Shown: in pieces, positions 12,301 to 26,051 of the stretch
Layout: every line of letters begins with the position of its first letter
Numbering within the stretch: the first letter of the stretch is position 1
NCBI GenBank assembly: GCA_964016885.1
Contig: OZ024744.1
Location: 44,764,001-44,828,000 of the forward strand
Direction of reading: 5' to 3'
DNA from: Eledone cirrhosa
Lineage: Eukaryota
DNA length: 64,000 nt
The notes under the pieces: model-generated
Seen by the model: only the letters and a program-made list of their open reading frames with translations
What the model was told of the DNA's origin: nothing
The model's database searches: none
Program-made: the position numbers and the translations under genes

Positions 12301-13959
12301 GTTGTGTATGTTTTTGTTTTGTTGGGGTTTTTTTGTGAGTTTTCTCTGTTTTTTTTGCACTTTTGGGTTTTCCTTCATCTTCGCTGCTGGAAGACAAAGG
12401 GTCTGTGGCTGTGAATGTCTCTGTGTCTGTGTGTGCGTTTATTGTTTTGTCTATGTGTATAATTGGGGGGTTAGGGGGAGTGGGAGAGCTTTCCTCGTTT
12501 TCCCCTTGGATTGGTTTTGGTGTTGGTGGTGATCCAGCTGTTTTTGATGTTGGTGTCCGTGTCTTTGTTGGTGTTGTTTTTGGTGGTGGTGGTGGTGCAG
12601 CTTTCCGTGCTGACACTGGCGTTGGGAACAAAGGAGGTTTGCGAGCCCCTGCATTTTTGCACTGAGGGCAGAAGGCTTGCAGATGTGTTGCTTCCCATCA
12701 GACGAAGCAGCGTGGCCTTCTTCCATCAATGATTAGTTGGATTGTTGTCCCGTCCTGCAGGCGGGAAAAATCCGGGATGTTGTTCATGTCCTCCGGTTTC
12801 ATTTGGAGAAGAATCTCCAAATCCATTCCGGACCAGTCCTCTCTCTCTGTCCTTTTCATATCCAGGAGGGTAGTGTCTGTCCCCTCCTCGATTACGCATC
12901 CCGGCAGCCACCATATGTTCATTCCTGGTGGGATGCTGGGAATGCGGACCTTTACTGTCCTTTTACCCATGTAGGACGGATGCATGATAATGCGTTCCGT
13001 TCTGCAGGGGGTCACCGAGTGCTTAATAACGAGGGCCTCGGTTTTGAACAGTACCGAGATGGTACCGAACTGTTTGCCTCTTGCTTTATACTCTATGTCA
13101 CTTCCGATGTACTCCAAAGCAGCCTCGACCTCTGCTTGGCTGGCAAGTTCCACTTTTCGTATCTGCACCGAAATGCAGCGAAAGTACACCGTCCTCCTTT
13201 GCATGGCCGCTATTGCCCCGTCCGGGATGGTCAGGTTTGCCCAGGACTTCTCCCGTTTAATTAGCCTCCACGCTTGTGCCAACTGTTCGTCTTTATCGCT
13301 AATATCAACATCAATATTCAATAAGCGCTTTGTTTTTGCTGCTGCTGCAGCAAATGTGGTGCTTCTGATGCTCTTGTTGTTGGTGTTGTCATTCTTGCTG
13401 TTGTTATTGTTGTTGTTGTTGTTGTTTTGTTTGTTGATGCTGTTGCCACCGCCATCCGTGTTTACATTGAAGCTGTCGGTGTTATTGTCGTTATTGCTCT
13501 GAGTTGTTGTTGTTGTTGTGGTGGTGGTGGCGGCGGTGGTGGCGATGGCGTCGGTGGTGGTGGTGATGTCGTTCTCAGATGATACTGCTGCTATCACAGA
13601 AGGTTGAGTTTTGCCTTCACATTCAGTAGAGTGGATGACAGGCATTACTGTAGCCGTCGTAGTCGTGGTGAAATCTACAGTGGCTGCCTTTAAACTTTTG
13701 ACCTGAACGTTGTTTACCGTTTCAAGGTCGAAAAGCGTTTCAAGGTGGGGAAGCGATTTTTTTCGAAGTTTTTTAAAAATAAATCTGAATATTCGGGCTT
13801 AAAGCCCGAATATTGAGAGGTATCCCTCTCTTTAAATCAAGATGTGTACCTTAAGTTTCGGTAGCGACAAGAAAATAAAAAAAAATGGCACTTTAAAACA
13901 GCTTAAATTACGAACCTTTTCCCCCGCAGATTTGTACTGTCTTCACATATGTGCGTCCC

Positions 13960-13960
<1 letters not shown>
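9303..13960 (-). mobile_element. Tx1/L1-type LINE copy E2 (family C-like), 3' part deleted
   Basis: ORF2 fragments 9302-11721 (MAILRVGSLNVRGL; SDHKFV; LDQSKAF). ORF1 fragments about 11751-13750 (WANLTIP..RRTVYFRCIS..GRRPRCFV). The 5' end abuts (AAT)n at 13961. Confidence 0.92.

Positions 13961-14040
<80 letters not shown>
13961..14040. repeat. (AAT)n target tract between the E2 5' end and the Dong D1 5' end
   Basis: Nearly pure AAT at a head-to-head junction. Confidence 0.97.
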
Positions 14041-14042
<2 letters not shown>

Positions 14043-14755
14043 TACGTGACTGATAGTAAGGAGCCAATGCTCAGAACTGTACTGAAGGAGAGGACAATAG
14101 ACCAGGGGATGTCCAAGGAGGAAATAACAACAAGGAGAAGGAGCAGCCTTCAGGAAAAATCCCTTCATAGTACCTTCTTTGAGAAAACTGAATTCAGAGA
14201 TACACAGACATGGAACTGGTTGAAAAGAGGAGACCTTAAAACGGCTACAGAAGGAATGTTAATGACTGCGCAAGAGCAGGCCTTCAAAACGAAGTGGTTG
14301 AAACACCATATTTACAAGGAGGAGGCTAGCCCACTGTGCAGGATCTGTGGAGAGAGAGAGAGGAGACTGTGGCTCACATTGTATCCGAGTGAAAAAAGAT
14401 CGTGCCTGATTGTGGATGTGGCCTGCCCATTCGACACGAGAGTGCAAGAGAAGGAGAGGGAGAAAATTAACCGATACCAGGACTTAAAGTGGGAGGTAAA
14501 AAGGATTTGGAACTGCCATGAAGTCAAAGTGGTCTCGATTGTCATAGGCACACTAGGTACTATCTCAAAAAGTTTCCAGAGATGGATAAAGAAAATTGGC
14601 CCCGCCCCGCTTTTTGGAACACTTCAAAAGGCATGATTGCTGGGAACAGCAAGAACTCTCCGATACGTCCTGAATATCTGAGGCTGCAGGTAGTGGCTTG
14701 ATATCCATTTCAACAAACTTTCCAGTTAACTAACATCAATGAGTGAGACTCAAAG
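14041..14755 (+). mobile_element. Dong/R4-type element D1, 5'-truncated 3' fragment
   Basis: Matches the C-terminus of ORF 59132-62524 (SKEPMLR..TEGMLMTAQEQA..CRICGE..IVDVACPFD..EKINRY) and its 3'UTR. Internal deletion of about 230 bp at about 14391. Ends in AAT repeats. Confidence 0.93.
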
Positions 14756-14799
14756 AATAATAATAATTATTACTTTAAGAAAACGCACATGGTGGATAT

Positions 14800-17700
14800 A
14801 TATCGTTATGTAATCGCTCGCGTAAGTCTTGATTTTTACTTATTTAAAACAACTGTGATAGAATAATTCTTATTACAAATGAAATATAAGATTACAGTTT
14901 TGATCCTCAGCAGGCGACAACGCATCACATTACGGCATAGGGCCCCAATATTTAATATTAATTTGGGATCAGAAATGTTATAGTCAAAAAAGAGAAAAAT
15001 GACTAAGTGGACAGACAAGCAAATAATTTCACCACCAACACCACCACCAACACCACCACCGCCACCATCACCACTACCACGCCAAAAACACTAGTCAAGT
15101 TACCTCAACTTCTATTTCTACTTCAAATTCAACACCATCACTACAGTACTACGATCACATCACCACCACCACTGCCTCATTATCGCTACCGCCGCTATTC
15201 TCTCCCACTACCTCCTGCTTAGACAGGCATCATAGTACTCCCACTAAATGAGGAAGGCATCAAAAGATATAAATAGACTGATTTGGTGACCCGGTCAAAA
15301 AATCAAAAAATCAAAAATCAAAATCAAAACAGCACAGCAGCAACGAAAAACGTAAAGAAAAGAAAAAAGAAAAGAAAAACAAACAGACAGACAGACAAGC
15401 AAAAAACTAAGTCAGACATTCAAACATTACATTACAATGAAACTTATGCTTATTTGTGTTTTTTTTTTACCTATTTGTTTGTTTGTTTATTTATGTTCGT
15501 CTACAGCGTGATAGTGCCAGGCTAAAATCACCGAGGGTGATCAAATCGCCGGTGGTTATGTAACCATACATTCACCAATCCTCGATAAGAGTGTTTCAAA
15601 GTCGAACCTAAACAGTTCGAATAACGGTGAAGTGGAGACTGTAATGTCATGTGACTCTCACCCAGCAGGTGCTCCCTGGCTCAGCAGCAGGTACCTGGCT
15701 GTCAACCAAATACTGCTTATGTCGGAGGAAGAAGATGGAAAGGGACCAGTACCAACTGGACGAAAGAATTGAATAGAACTGTTATGCAATGTTACCTGAA
15801 GAGTAACTCTAGGGAAAAAGGCTAGAGGAAACGAATGCATAACATCTGGAACGAGATTGGTCTATTTAAATTAGATGAACAAAAATTGGCCGGGCAGGCT
15901 CGGGTAATAAGAACTAATGGGTGGATAAGTGAGCTGGAACTGGAGGAACTGAGCAGAGAGATTAGGTTGGAAATGGAGAGTGGAGTATGCCAGGCAAACG
16001 AGCCAGTGGGAAATGAAGGTGAAGAGGTCGAGAGAACGGAGGAACCATCCGAAGCAGATAATGATCTGAATGCTGAAATAAATAATACCTGGAACAAAGA
16101 TACGGCCATTGAGGAGATGAATGCCTACGGGCTAGGACAAGATTTGGTTGATATCCTAAACTTAATGGTAGATGAATTGAACAATGATAGTGGGGAACCT
16201 ATGAACCTAAGATTTATAGACAGGAAAAAGTTAAAAGAAACAACAGCTAAGGTAAACAAAGTCATCCCATACCTTGAGGCGAGGAGCCTTCACCAGTGCA
16301 ACAATATCCTCAAAGCAACAGCAAATGCGGTGAGGAAATTACTTGGCATAAAAACGAGAGGAAACAACAAGCATGAAAGATCAGAACCTTGGTGGAAGAA
16401 ACGACTGAATGGTCAAATCAGGAAAATGAGAAATGACATTGCAAAGCTTGAGTCCCTACTGAATGAGACACTAAAAAACATAGACACTAAAAATAGTCTG
16501 GAAATAAAGTACAAAACTAGGAGGAAAAGGCTACATATAATCATAGAGGAACTGAAGCAACGCATTGTAGCAAAGAGTGCAAAAATTAGGCGATACGAGA
16601 GCAGAGTCAGTCAGTATAGACAGAACCGCATGTTTGATAACAACCAGAAGATGTTGTTTGGACAGCTTGAAGGGAAAGAAAGAGGCAACGACTTGATCCC
16701 TGAGGCGGAACAAACTAAGACATTCTGGAGAGGAATATGGGAGCAGGATGTTAAACATAATGACCAGGCAGTGTGGATTGAGACAGTACAAAAGGAGATT
16801 AGTGAACAGGCACACCAACAAACTGATTTGAGTATCACAGTTGAAACTCTTAAGGGACAGGCCAAAAAACTAACCAACTGGAAAGCACCAGGCCCAGATG
16901 GTGTGCAGGGGTATTGGATTAAAAATGTAACATCCCTCCACCCAAGACTGACAACCATGTTCAATGACTGCTTGATGTCAGGTGAGTTACCAGAGTGGTT
17001 GACAAAGGGTACCACAGTTCTGGTAATGAAAGACCGAATCAAGGGTAATGATGTTACCAACTATAGACCTATCACATGTCTGTCCGTAATGTGGAAACTG
17101 TTGACAAGCATTGTGTCTGAGGAAATCTACCATCACCTCCACACAAACAACTTGTTACCGGACGAACAGAAAGGATGCCGAAAGAAGTCCCGTGCTACAA
17201 AGGACCAGTTACTTATTGAAAAGATGGTAATGAGGAATTGCAAGAGGCGACACACTGATCTTGCCATGGGATGGATAGACTACAGAAAGGCATTTGACAT
17301 GGTGCCTCATTCCTGGATCACCAAAAGCCTGGAGATCTTCAGGGTGGCGGATAACATCAGACAGTTGCTAGGCAGGAGTATGGGGCCCTGGGAGACAGAG
17401 TTGACATCAACTGGAGGATCCTTGGGAGGCGTGAAGATGAAGAAGGGTAAATTGAGCAGAAGCAACGGAATCCAGGTACCAACAGGTGAGATGATAAAGG
17501 AAATTGACACTGAAGAAGGATACAAGTATTTGGGTATTCTGGAGGCTGATGACATCAAGAACAAAAAAATGAAGGAATTGATAAGATCTGAATACATACG
17601 GAGAGTAAGGAGCGTATTAAAATCACATCTGAACAGTAGGAATGCCATAAGTGCAGTAAATTCCCGAGCTGTGTCTATTATTAGGTACAGTGCGGGAATT

Positions 17701-18819
17701 CTGAGATGGAATGTTGCTGAACAAAAAGAAATGGATAGGAAGACTAGGAAGCTATTGACTATCTACAACATGTTCCACAAGAGGAGTGATGTCGATAGAC
17801 TCTACTTAAGGAGATCTGAAGGTGGAAGAGGTCTTATCAGCATAGAGGACTGTGTTCAGATGGAGAAAAACAACCTACATGACCGATAGTAAGGGGCGAA
17901 AGCTCAGAATTGTACTGAAGGAGAGGACAATAGACCAGGGATGTCCAAGGAGGAAATAACAACAAGGAGGAAGGGCAACCTTCATGAAAATCCCTTCATA
18001 GTACCTGCTTTGAGAAAACGGAATTCAGAGATCCACAGACATGGAACTGGTTGAGAAGAGGAGACCTTAAAAAGGCTACAGAAGGAATGCTAATGGCTGC
18101 GCAAGAGCAGGCCCTCAAAACGAAGTGACTGAAACACCATATTTACAAGGAGGAGGCTAGCCCACTGTGCAGGATCTGTGGAGAGAGAGAGAGAGAGGAG
18201 ACTGTGGCTCACATTGTATCCGAGTGTAAACACCTAGCCCAGACCAACTATATAGGCTGGAGACATGATGTAATGGGCAGGGTGATCCAATGGCACCTAT
18301 GCAAAGTAAAAATTTACCACATTCTGAGAAGTGGTATGAGCATAAGCCAGAGTCGGTGATAGAAAACGATCAGGTGAAGGTGCTGTGGGATTTTAGGATA
18401 CAGACGGACAAGAAACTAGAACACAATATACCTGACATGGTGGTTTTGGACAAGGAAAAAAGATCGTGTCTGATTGCAGATGTAGCCTACCCACTCGACA
18501 CGAGAGTGCAAGAGAAGGAGAGGGAGAAAATTTACCGATACCAGGACTTAAAGTGGGAGGTAAAAAGTATTTGGAACTGCCCTGAAGTCAAAGTGGTCCC
18601 GATCGTCATAGGCGCACTAGTTACTATCTGAAAGAGTTTCCAAGGATGGTTAAATAAAATTAGTCCAGCCCCGCTTTTTGGAACACTTCAAAAGGCATGC
18701 TTGCTGGGAACAGCAAGAACCCTCCGATACGTCCTGAATATCTGAGGCTTCAGGTAGTGGCTTGATATTCATTCCAACAAACTTTCCAGTTAAATAACAT
18801 CAATGACTGAGACACAAAG
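14800..18819 (+). mobile_element. Dong/R4-type element D2, near full-length and defective
   Basis: 5'UTR homologous to 57430-59130 (AATCGCTC.CGTAAGT; CACCATCACTACAGTA; AAGTCAGACATTC). ORF remnants about 15632-18744 with stops and frameshifts. The 3'UTR ends in (AAT)n at 18820-18837. Confidence 0.93.
15835..17889 (+). pseudogene. Dong D2 ORF remnant (684 aa) lacking the RT catalytic core
   Basis: Colinear with the D3 ORF but missing 89 aa that include QGDSLSPLLF and FMDD. Frameshifted before the zinc finger and RLE. Confidence 0.9.
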
Positions 18820-18837
18820 AACAATAATAATAATAAT

Positions 18838-21597
18838 GATTTCTTTATTGGCCACAAGGCCTGACATCAAGAAAAACATCACAGACGGAACAGGACGGTA
18901 CGATGTGGGTTTTGTGCGTGTAAGTATTTTTATTATTTATATAAGAAAAGAAAAAAAAAAGGACATAGGAACATATATATATAAAAACAATAAAAATGAA
19001 AATTGAAACACTGAAAACTTCCCCAATAGGAGGGAAACTTCCGAGGGTTACTCGTGGCGAAAACCACACAAAAGACCACGGCCACCCTGACCACCAGGGC
19101 AAGCGCCCTCTCTCAATTTTTCCATCTCACAAACTAAAGACGTATATTCAGAGTGGACCCGTTCACTCGGACCCTTCTCGCTACATTCACCCACCTTTCA
19201 ACAAACTTGCTAGAAGGCAGCACTTGCCTCTCCACCCTGATTTTCCTCTTCAAGTGAAACTTGAAAAAGTTAATTAGGGATTCGCCGAAGAGGAAAGTGT
19301 CTGTCTTTAACCCTTTTAACCTTGTCCACCACACAATCTCTTTCGCCATGGCCACCAGGCAGATGAAAACCACCTGCCCTTCCTCCTCGAAAGAAGACGG
19401 CGAGACCATCTGCACAATGGACTCAGTCGACAACCAGATCAATCCCACACGTGACAGCACCTGTTCGACATAGCTCCACAAGTCAGCAATGCTCGGGCAC
19501 TGAATGAGTGCGTGCACAACGGTTTCTTCGCTATGCGCGCTTCTCGGACAGGCTCGGCGGACGGCAAATCCGGACTTGTAGAGCTTATCTCTAACCCTGC
19601 AGCGCTCCCCGGTAGCACTGCCAGGCCAGGGATTTTTGGAAGTTATCCATAGGCCCCGGGCTGAAAGTTCTCCGGAAGAGAGCAAACAGCTGATCTTCTT
19701 CCACGCCCAGGATCTCTCCGAGAATGTCGTCGCACTTCCCCTGCACTAGTGCTCTATAGAACGCCGAGGTGGATGTTCCACCGATACTGGTGCCCAGCTG
19801 GGAGAGGGCAGTGAGCGCCTGGAGACATTCCAGTTTCCAAGCGCTATCTCTCGGTCTTTTTCTGACCCAGGACTGCAGCTCCGTCAAGGAGACAAGCTGT
19901 GGGAAAACATGCCTGACGAACGGCGACCACACCTGTTCACCATCAAGGAATCACCAGAGATGTCGCAGCCTCAGCGCATGTTTGCGCATCGGATGGATCG
20001 TCTGAACATGGGAGCGCGTCCCTTCTACAAAAAGCGGAAGAGGAGGCGCTCCATTTTGGTGAGAGTTGGGCTGGAGCAAGGGACGACGGTGAGGCGGTAG
20101 CAGATGACGGATGCGATGTACGCATTCGCCACCTCCGCCCGGCCTTTCAGGGACAGCTTCCTCTCAGCCCATTATTGGGTGAGGGAGGCCACCCTGCTCG
20201 TCCCCTCGTTCCAGTCTTTCTCCACCTGGAGGTCCGGTCCGAACCAGACCCCGAGCAATTTAACCGGTCCGTCCGTCCAACGCCCCACGACACTGTCGGA
20301 CGGCATGTCCTTGCCTCTCCAGGTGCCGAGCTGCAAGCCCACCGACTTTTCCTGGTTTATCTTTGCTCCTGTCACCGCTTCGTATTCCTTGAGAGCGCTG
20401 GCAAGCATCTGGACGTGTCTGGTGCTCGACACCACCACAGTGACGTCGTCAGCGTAAGCCGACTCGGATTTCCCGCATCCTAGTTCTCGTGGGACGCCCC
20501 TCATCGCCCACAGTTTGTGCAGTAAGGGGTCGAGAGGCAATACGTACAAGAGGGACGAAGGGGGACAACCCTGGCGGACTGAGCGCATGATGCTGAACGG
20601 CTGCGATAGGTGACCGCTCACCCTCACAACTGAGCAGATGTCGCTGTACATAGCTACGATCCAACCCCTGAAAACGGGCCCGAAACCTGGCGATTTACCC
20701 CTTGTGCAGTTAGCCATCGCTTCCCGTATTTCACCGGCTGTTATTGGCTTTTCGCAACACTGTGCTGCGGTCGTCGACAGCCGAGGCAGTCCGTCGAGGT
20801 AAGTACTGAAGTCCATGCCCCGATCCGGGCCGCCGCCTCTCCCGGACAGTTCAGCAAAGTGCTGCTGAAAAGCTTCACAAATCCGCTCGGGTTCGAGCTA
20901 CACGCATCCGTTTTGGTCAGACAAAGATCGAATTGTGTCTTTGTTGTCACGTCGCGCCTCTGCCACCCGGGCCCATTGGACGGTTTTTGTCCCCTCTTGT
21001 TTCAGAGCACCCGCTCTAGCTCTGACAACGCAGCCTTCGTGTTTTGCGTTGAAGAATTGGTCGAGTGCCAATCTCGCCGCAAGCACGTCGGTTGCGATGC
21101 CAGTCCTAAACGCCTCTTCTAGCTTTCTTACTAGCTCTCCCTCTACTCTATTTTCCTCTATCACTACTCCTTTGCTAAACCTAATCGACTCTACTTTAAT
21201 TGCCCTTTTCAGGGCGAACCACCACCTGTTGTTGACGATCGCTCCCGTCAACGCCCGCTTAACTAATACGCTAATCTGTTCTCTGTAGGCTTTACGACCC
21301 GGAGGGACGCGTTCAGCTTCCAGTAACCAGGCCCTTGTCTATGAAGTCTGTCTCTGTCGATCTTACAAATCACAAATTTGTGGTCTGTGTAGTCGACTAT
21401 TTTAAATTGGGGACAACTTATACTAGCCTTATCTAGTTCTCTGCAGAATACCCTATCGAGATACGATCTGGATGACCCAATGCGGTTTGTCCATGTCCAC
21501 ATTGGCACATTCGGGTGATCCAGTCGATACCTGTCAGACAATTCAAAACGTCTGAGCTGTTTGGTGAGGCTCTTGCACCCTCCTCCCCTATCCACTA
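18838..21597 (-). mobile_element. Tx1-type copy E3 (family B), ORF2 3' portion with internal deletions
   Basis: Family B 3'UTR (TTTATTGGCCACAAGG..CATCAAGAAAAAC on +). YADD and zf-RVT remnants. About 450-bp RT deletion at about 20684. Fused to E4 at about 21597 with no AAT. Confidence 0.92.
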
Positions 21598-24500
21598 GCC
21601 CTCCACGTAGCGGGTGTTGACAGCAGATGGAACCCCTGACCATCGGAGTGCGTCCCTTCTACAAAAACCGAAAGAGCAAACGCTCCAGTGCAGTCAGGCG
21701 AGGCTTAGGACAAGGCACGACGCTCAGGCGGTAGTAGATGACGGACGCGATGTACGCATTCACCACCTCTGTTCGACCTTTCAGGGATAGCTTCATCTCT
21801 GCCTATTTCTGGGTGAGAGAAGCCACCCTGCTCGTCACCCCGTCCCAGTTTTTGTCTGTCTGGGTGTCCGGACAGAATCAGACTCCTAGCAATTTAACCG
21901 GTCCGTCCGTCTAACGCCCGACGACGCTGTTGGACGGATGGACCTGCCTCTCCAGGTGCCGAGCTGCAGGCCCACAGACTTTTCCTGGTTGATCATTGCT
22001 CCTGTCACCACTTCGTATTCTCTTAGTGTAGTGCCGATCGCCTCGATATGTTTGGCGTTCGACACCACTACAGTGACATCGTTCGCATATGCTGACACGG
22101 ATCTTCCGCATTCTAGTTCGCGCGGGATCCCCCTCAACTGTCTCCAGTTTGTGCAGTAATGGCTCGAGAGTCAATACGTACAAGAGGGACGAGAGGGGAT
22201 ATCCTTGGCGGACCGAGCGCATGATGTTGAACGGTTCCGAAAAGTGACCGTTCACTCTCACCACAGAGCAGATGTCGCTGTGCATGGCAGCGATCCAGCC
22301 TCTGAAGACGGGCCAGCCGCCCTCAGGACTGTCGATAAGTAACGATGGTCGACCCTATCGAAGGCTTTCGACTGATCTAAATTTATCAAGGACCCACCCG
22401 TGCCAGGTTCCCTAGCTACCCTCTCTACGATGTATCGCAAGAGGTAGAGATTGTTGTGGATTGATCTGTCGGGAATGGCGCATGTCTGCGCCTCTCCCAC
22501 CAGACCACCAACGACAACCGCCAACCTCTTTGCTGGCACCTTGGCCAATATCTTGAACTCTGTGTTTAGCAGAGTTATGGGCCTGGAATTATCTATGTTA
22601 TCCCCCTTGTCCGGATCCTTTCTCAGCAGCACCACCGCTCCACGGCTCACAGAGCTTGGAATTCTCCCGCACTGTTGCCAGTTGCACTAGACGTCCGCCA
22701 AGAGGCCTCCGGACAAATCTGGCATCTGTACGTAAAGTTCATAGGGCAGACCATCCAAACTAGGCGATTTACCCCTTGTGCAGCCTGTCATTGCCTCCCG
22801 TACTTCAACTGCTATTATCGGCCTTTCGCAACACTCCACCTCAGTGGCCGAGGGCCGCGGCAGTCCGTCGAGGTAGACACTAAAGTCCATCCCTCGATCC
22901 GGCCCGCCGCTGCCCTGAAGAGCTGAGCAAAATGTCGCTGAAAAGCTTCACTCATTTGCCCGGGATCGAGTAGCATGCGCCCGTCGTGGTCCACCAAAGA
23001 CCGGATCGTGGCTTTGTTGCCACGACGCGCCACCGCCACTCGGGCGCATTGAACGACTTTCGTCCCCTCGTGTCTGAGAGCACGCACCCTAGCTCTGACA
23101 ACGCAGGCTTCGTGCTTTGCATTGAAGAATTGGTCAAGGGCCAATTTCGCCGCAAGTACGTCGGTCGCGATGCCTTTGCAAAGCGCTTCGTCTAATTTTC
23201 AAACTAATTCTCCCTCGGCTCTATTTTTCTCTGTTACTAACGCTTTACTAAACCTAATGGACTCTATTCTAATCGCTCTTTTCAGGGCAAACCACCATTT
23301 GTTGTTGTCAAAGGCCCCTGAGAACACCCGCTTAACTAATTCGCTAATCCGGTCTCTGTAAGCTTTGTGCGTTGTTAACGACGCATTTAGTTTCCAGTAA
23401 CCAGGTCCCTGTCTATGAAGCCTATCTAAGTCAACAACATAGATCACGAATTCGTGGCCCGTGTAGTCGTCTATTTTGAATTGTGAACAGCCTATGCTAG
23501 ACCTATCTATTTCCCTACAAAATATCCTATCTAGATATGAACTGGATGATCCGATGATCCGATGATCCGATGATCCGATGGCACATTCGGGAAATCCACA
23601 TGGCACCTGTCAGACAGTTGAAACCGTCAGAGCAGGTTTGCGAGGCTTTTACACCCTCCTCCCCTATCTGCTAATGCCACACAGTTCCAGCGTGCATCTA
23701 AGATCCCGTTCCAGTCGCATACTAAACTAAAGAGCGGGACGTTCCAAGAAAGGTCTCCAGACGCCGGAAGAAATCAGGCCGCCCTGCTCCTGTCAGGGAA
23801 TAGACGGCCACTACCCTGAAAGCTTGGCCGTCTCCGTTGGTCACGTCCAGCACCACCAACTTACCTTCTGGGTCCAGGAAGATGGCCCGCATGGTGATAT
23901 CCAAGCCTCTCCGAAAAAGCACATCCCCCTCCCCGATCCCGGACGGCTGGGAGATGCCTATACATCGTAGCCGCCGAAGACGGTGCGAAGGCTCGTGCTT
24001 CGGAGATTCTGGTCTCGCTCATGGCCAACACTTCTATGTTTAGTGACCTGAGGTCGTTGAGCAGGTGGCCCTGCTTCCATGACGACCCCAGGCCACGTGT
24101 ATTTATACTGCCTATTCTGAGTAAGGTCATGTTGAAAAGGAGTGGAAAAAGATGGGAAAGACACTTACCTCACTTCTCGTTGAGGAAGGATGGTTTCTCC
24201 ATCCTTTTCACTGTTTGTGGCCTCCTCAGGAAGGATGTCCTTATAAATCCTCCTGGAGAGTGTTTGTCGGAAGACTCCGATGTCTTTGGGGAATTTTAAT
24301 TTTATTGTTGTGTACGTTTTCTGTGTGATGCGAGTGATTTATGTGTGTGGGTGGTGTGAATTTTTGGGGGTATTGTGTAGTTTTTCTGTGATGCTGGTGT
24401 TATGTTGGATGTAGTGTAATAATTGGTTGTTGTTCAAATTTAATGCTGTGTAGTGTGTATCGTTTTGGTTGCTTTGTTTTGTTTGCGTTTGTTGTGGGTT

Positions 24501-26030
24501 TGTTTCTGTTTCGCTTTTTTGGTGACTTTTGTGGTGTTGGTGATGGTGGTGTTCGGGTTAATGATGGTGATGGTGTTGGTGTTTGTGGTGATGGGGCTGG
24601 TGATACTGGTGTGGGTGGTGGCATAGCTGTCTTAACTTTATTTGTTTGTTTCCCCCCTGCATTTTGTTTTTAGAGGGCGTAGGAACGGGATTTTTGTTTT
24701 TTGGGTTCTATTCTTTCTTTTTTCGAGATACAGTTTCCTACTCCTCCTCGTCGTCACAGTCTGTCTCCAGTTGTGATAGGTCGGGGAGTGAAAACTCCTC
24801 CACAGGCGTTGGTTTTGGTTGTGGCGAGGTGGATGGTCTGGCGCGGTAGGTGGTGGTGGTGTTGGGTTTGCTACTGTTGCTGTTACAGTTGCTGGAGTTG
24901 TTGCTGCTACAGTTGCTTCTGTTGTTGTTATTACAGTTGTTGCTGCCATTTCTGCTGCTGGTTTTGATGGTTGAGTCACTGGGGTGGGTAGGAGAAATGG
25001 CCTCAACTGTTAGCCTGAGGGCAGAAAGCCTTTAGGTGGGTTCCTTCGCGCGAACGACACACCTAGGTCTTCTACCCTTAAAGATTACGGTGAGGTGGCT
25101 GCCGTCATTGAGGTCTATCACCTCTGGAATTTCCTCTTTGTATTTTTGTTCCGCTTGGATCAGGAGCTCCATCCCAGATCCCGACCAGTTCTCCCGCTTT
25201 TCTTTTGTTACCTCAATTATTTTAGTGTTGGCCACGAAGTCGGCGAGGACGGCAGCCTTAATCAGGGAATTTCGTTGGCCGGCGGAACGTGGGTCACCCT
25301 GATCTTCACCAGTCTCTGACCACAATAGCTTGGGACGAGTGTGAACTCGTCACTTCTTAATGGTGCCATGGCGTGCTCTCTGCCTTCCTGTGGGGTTCCA
25401 AACAACACGTCCACGGTTCTATATTTCTACCCACGTCTGATGTGGCGTTTTTTCGCCCACACATGTCCTAAAGCTTTTTGTATCTGGGACTCGGATGCCC
25501 GTTCCACTCGGCGTGATTTTGTGTTTATCGCGTCCGATATGACACGGTGCATAGGCGCCGATGCTAGAATTTATTAGATGGGGCGGGGGTGAGACTGACC
25601 CTGTACCCATCTTTTTTTACCATTCGCTTGGCTTCATTCAATTCATCCTGGCTTACCTCGATTGTGTCGCTTTTCTTGGCTGCTTTGGCAAAAGACACAT
25701 TTTGTTTTGAGCTGGTGTTGATGTTGTTGTTGTTATTCTCATTGTTGTTGCTGTTGCTGTTGTTATTGATATTTTTAGGATGTTAGTCTGTTGGAAACAG
25801 CAGATTTGTCGTCCATGTTTTTTTTTCAAAGAAATATTTTGTTTGATAAATAAAAAGTTTAAATTTGGGGCTCAAGGCCTCAATATTATTGAGTGTCTTT
25901 TCAGAAAGCAATATATGTGAACTTATAAATACATAACAACAAAAGGTTTCCATGACTGGCAATTTGAAACAACTGAAAACAACAAATCTTTGTGGAGCTC
26001 ACGATAATACAATTTCCTACGTAGGTCGCC
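21597..26030 (-). mobile_element. Tx1-type copy E4 (family A variant), 3' end deleted
   Basis: ORF2 fragments up to ATG 24130 and ORF1 fragments 24164-25817. The 5' end GGCGACCTACGTAG is shared with E9 and E10 and abuts (AAT)n at 26031-26051. Confidence 0.92.
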
Positions 26031-26051
26031 AATAATAATAATTATAATAAT

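Noticed and set aside
13842-14636. 264-aa ORF with poly-Ile fused to a Dong C-terminus
   Set aside because: Chance read-through from E2's antisense 5'UTR across (AAT)n into the truncated D1 fragment.
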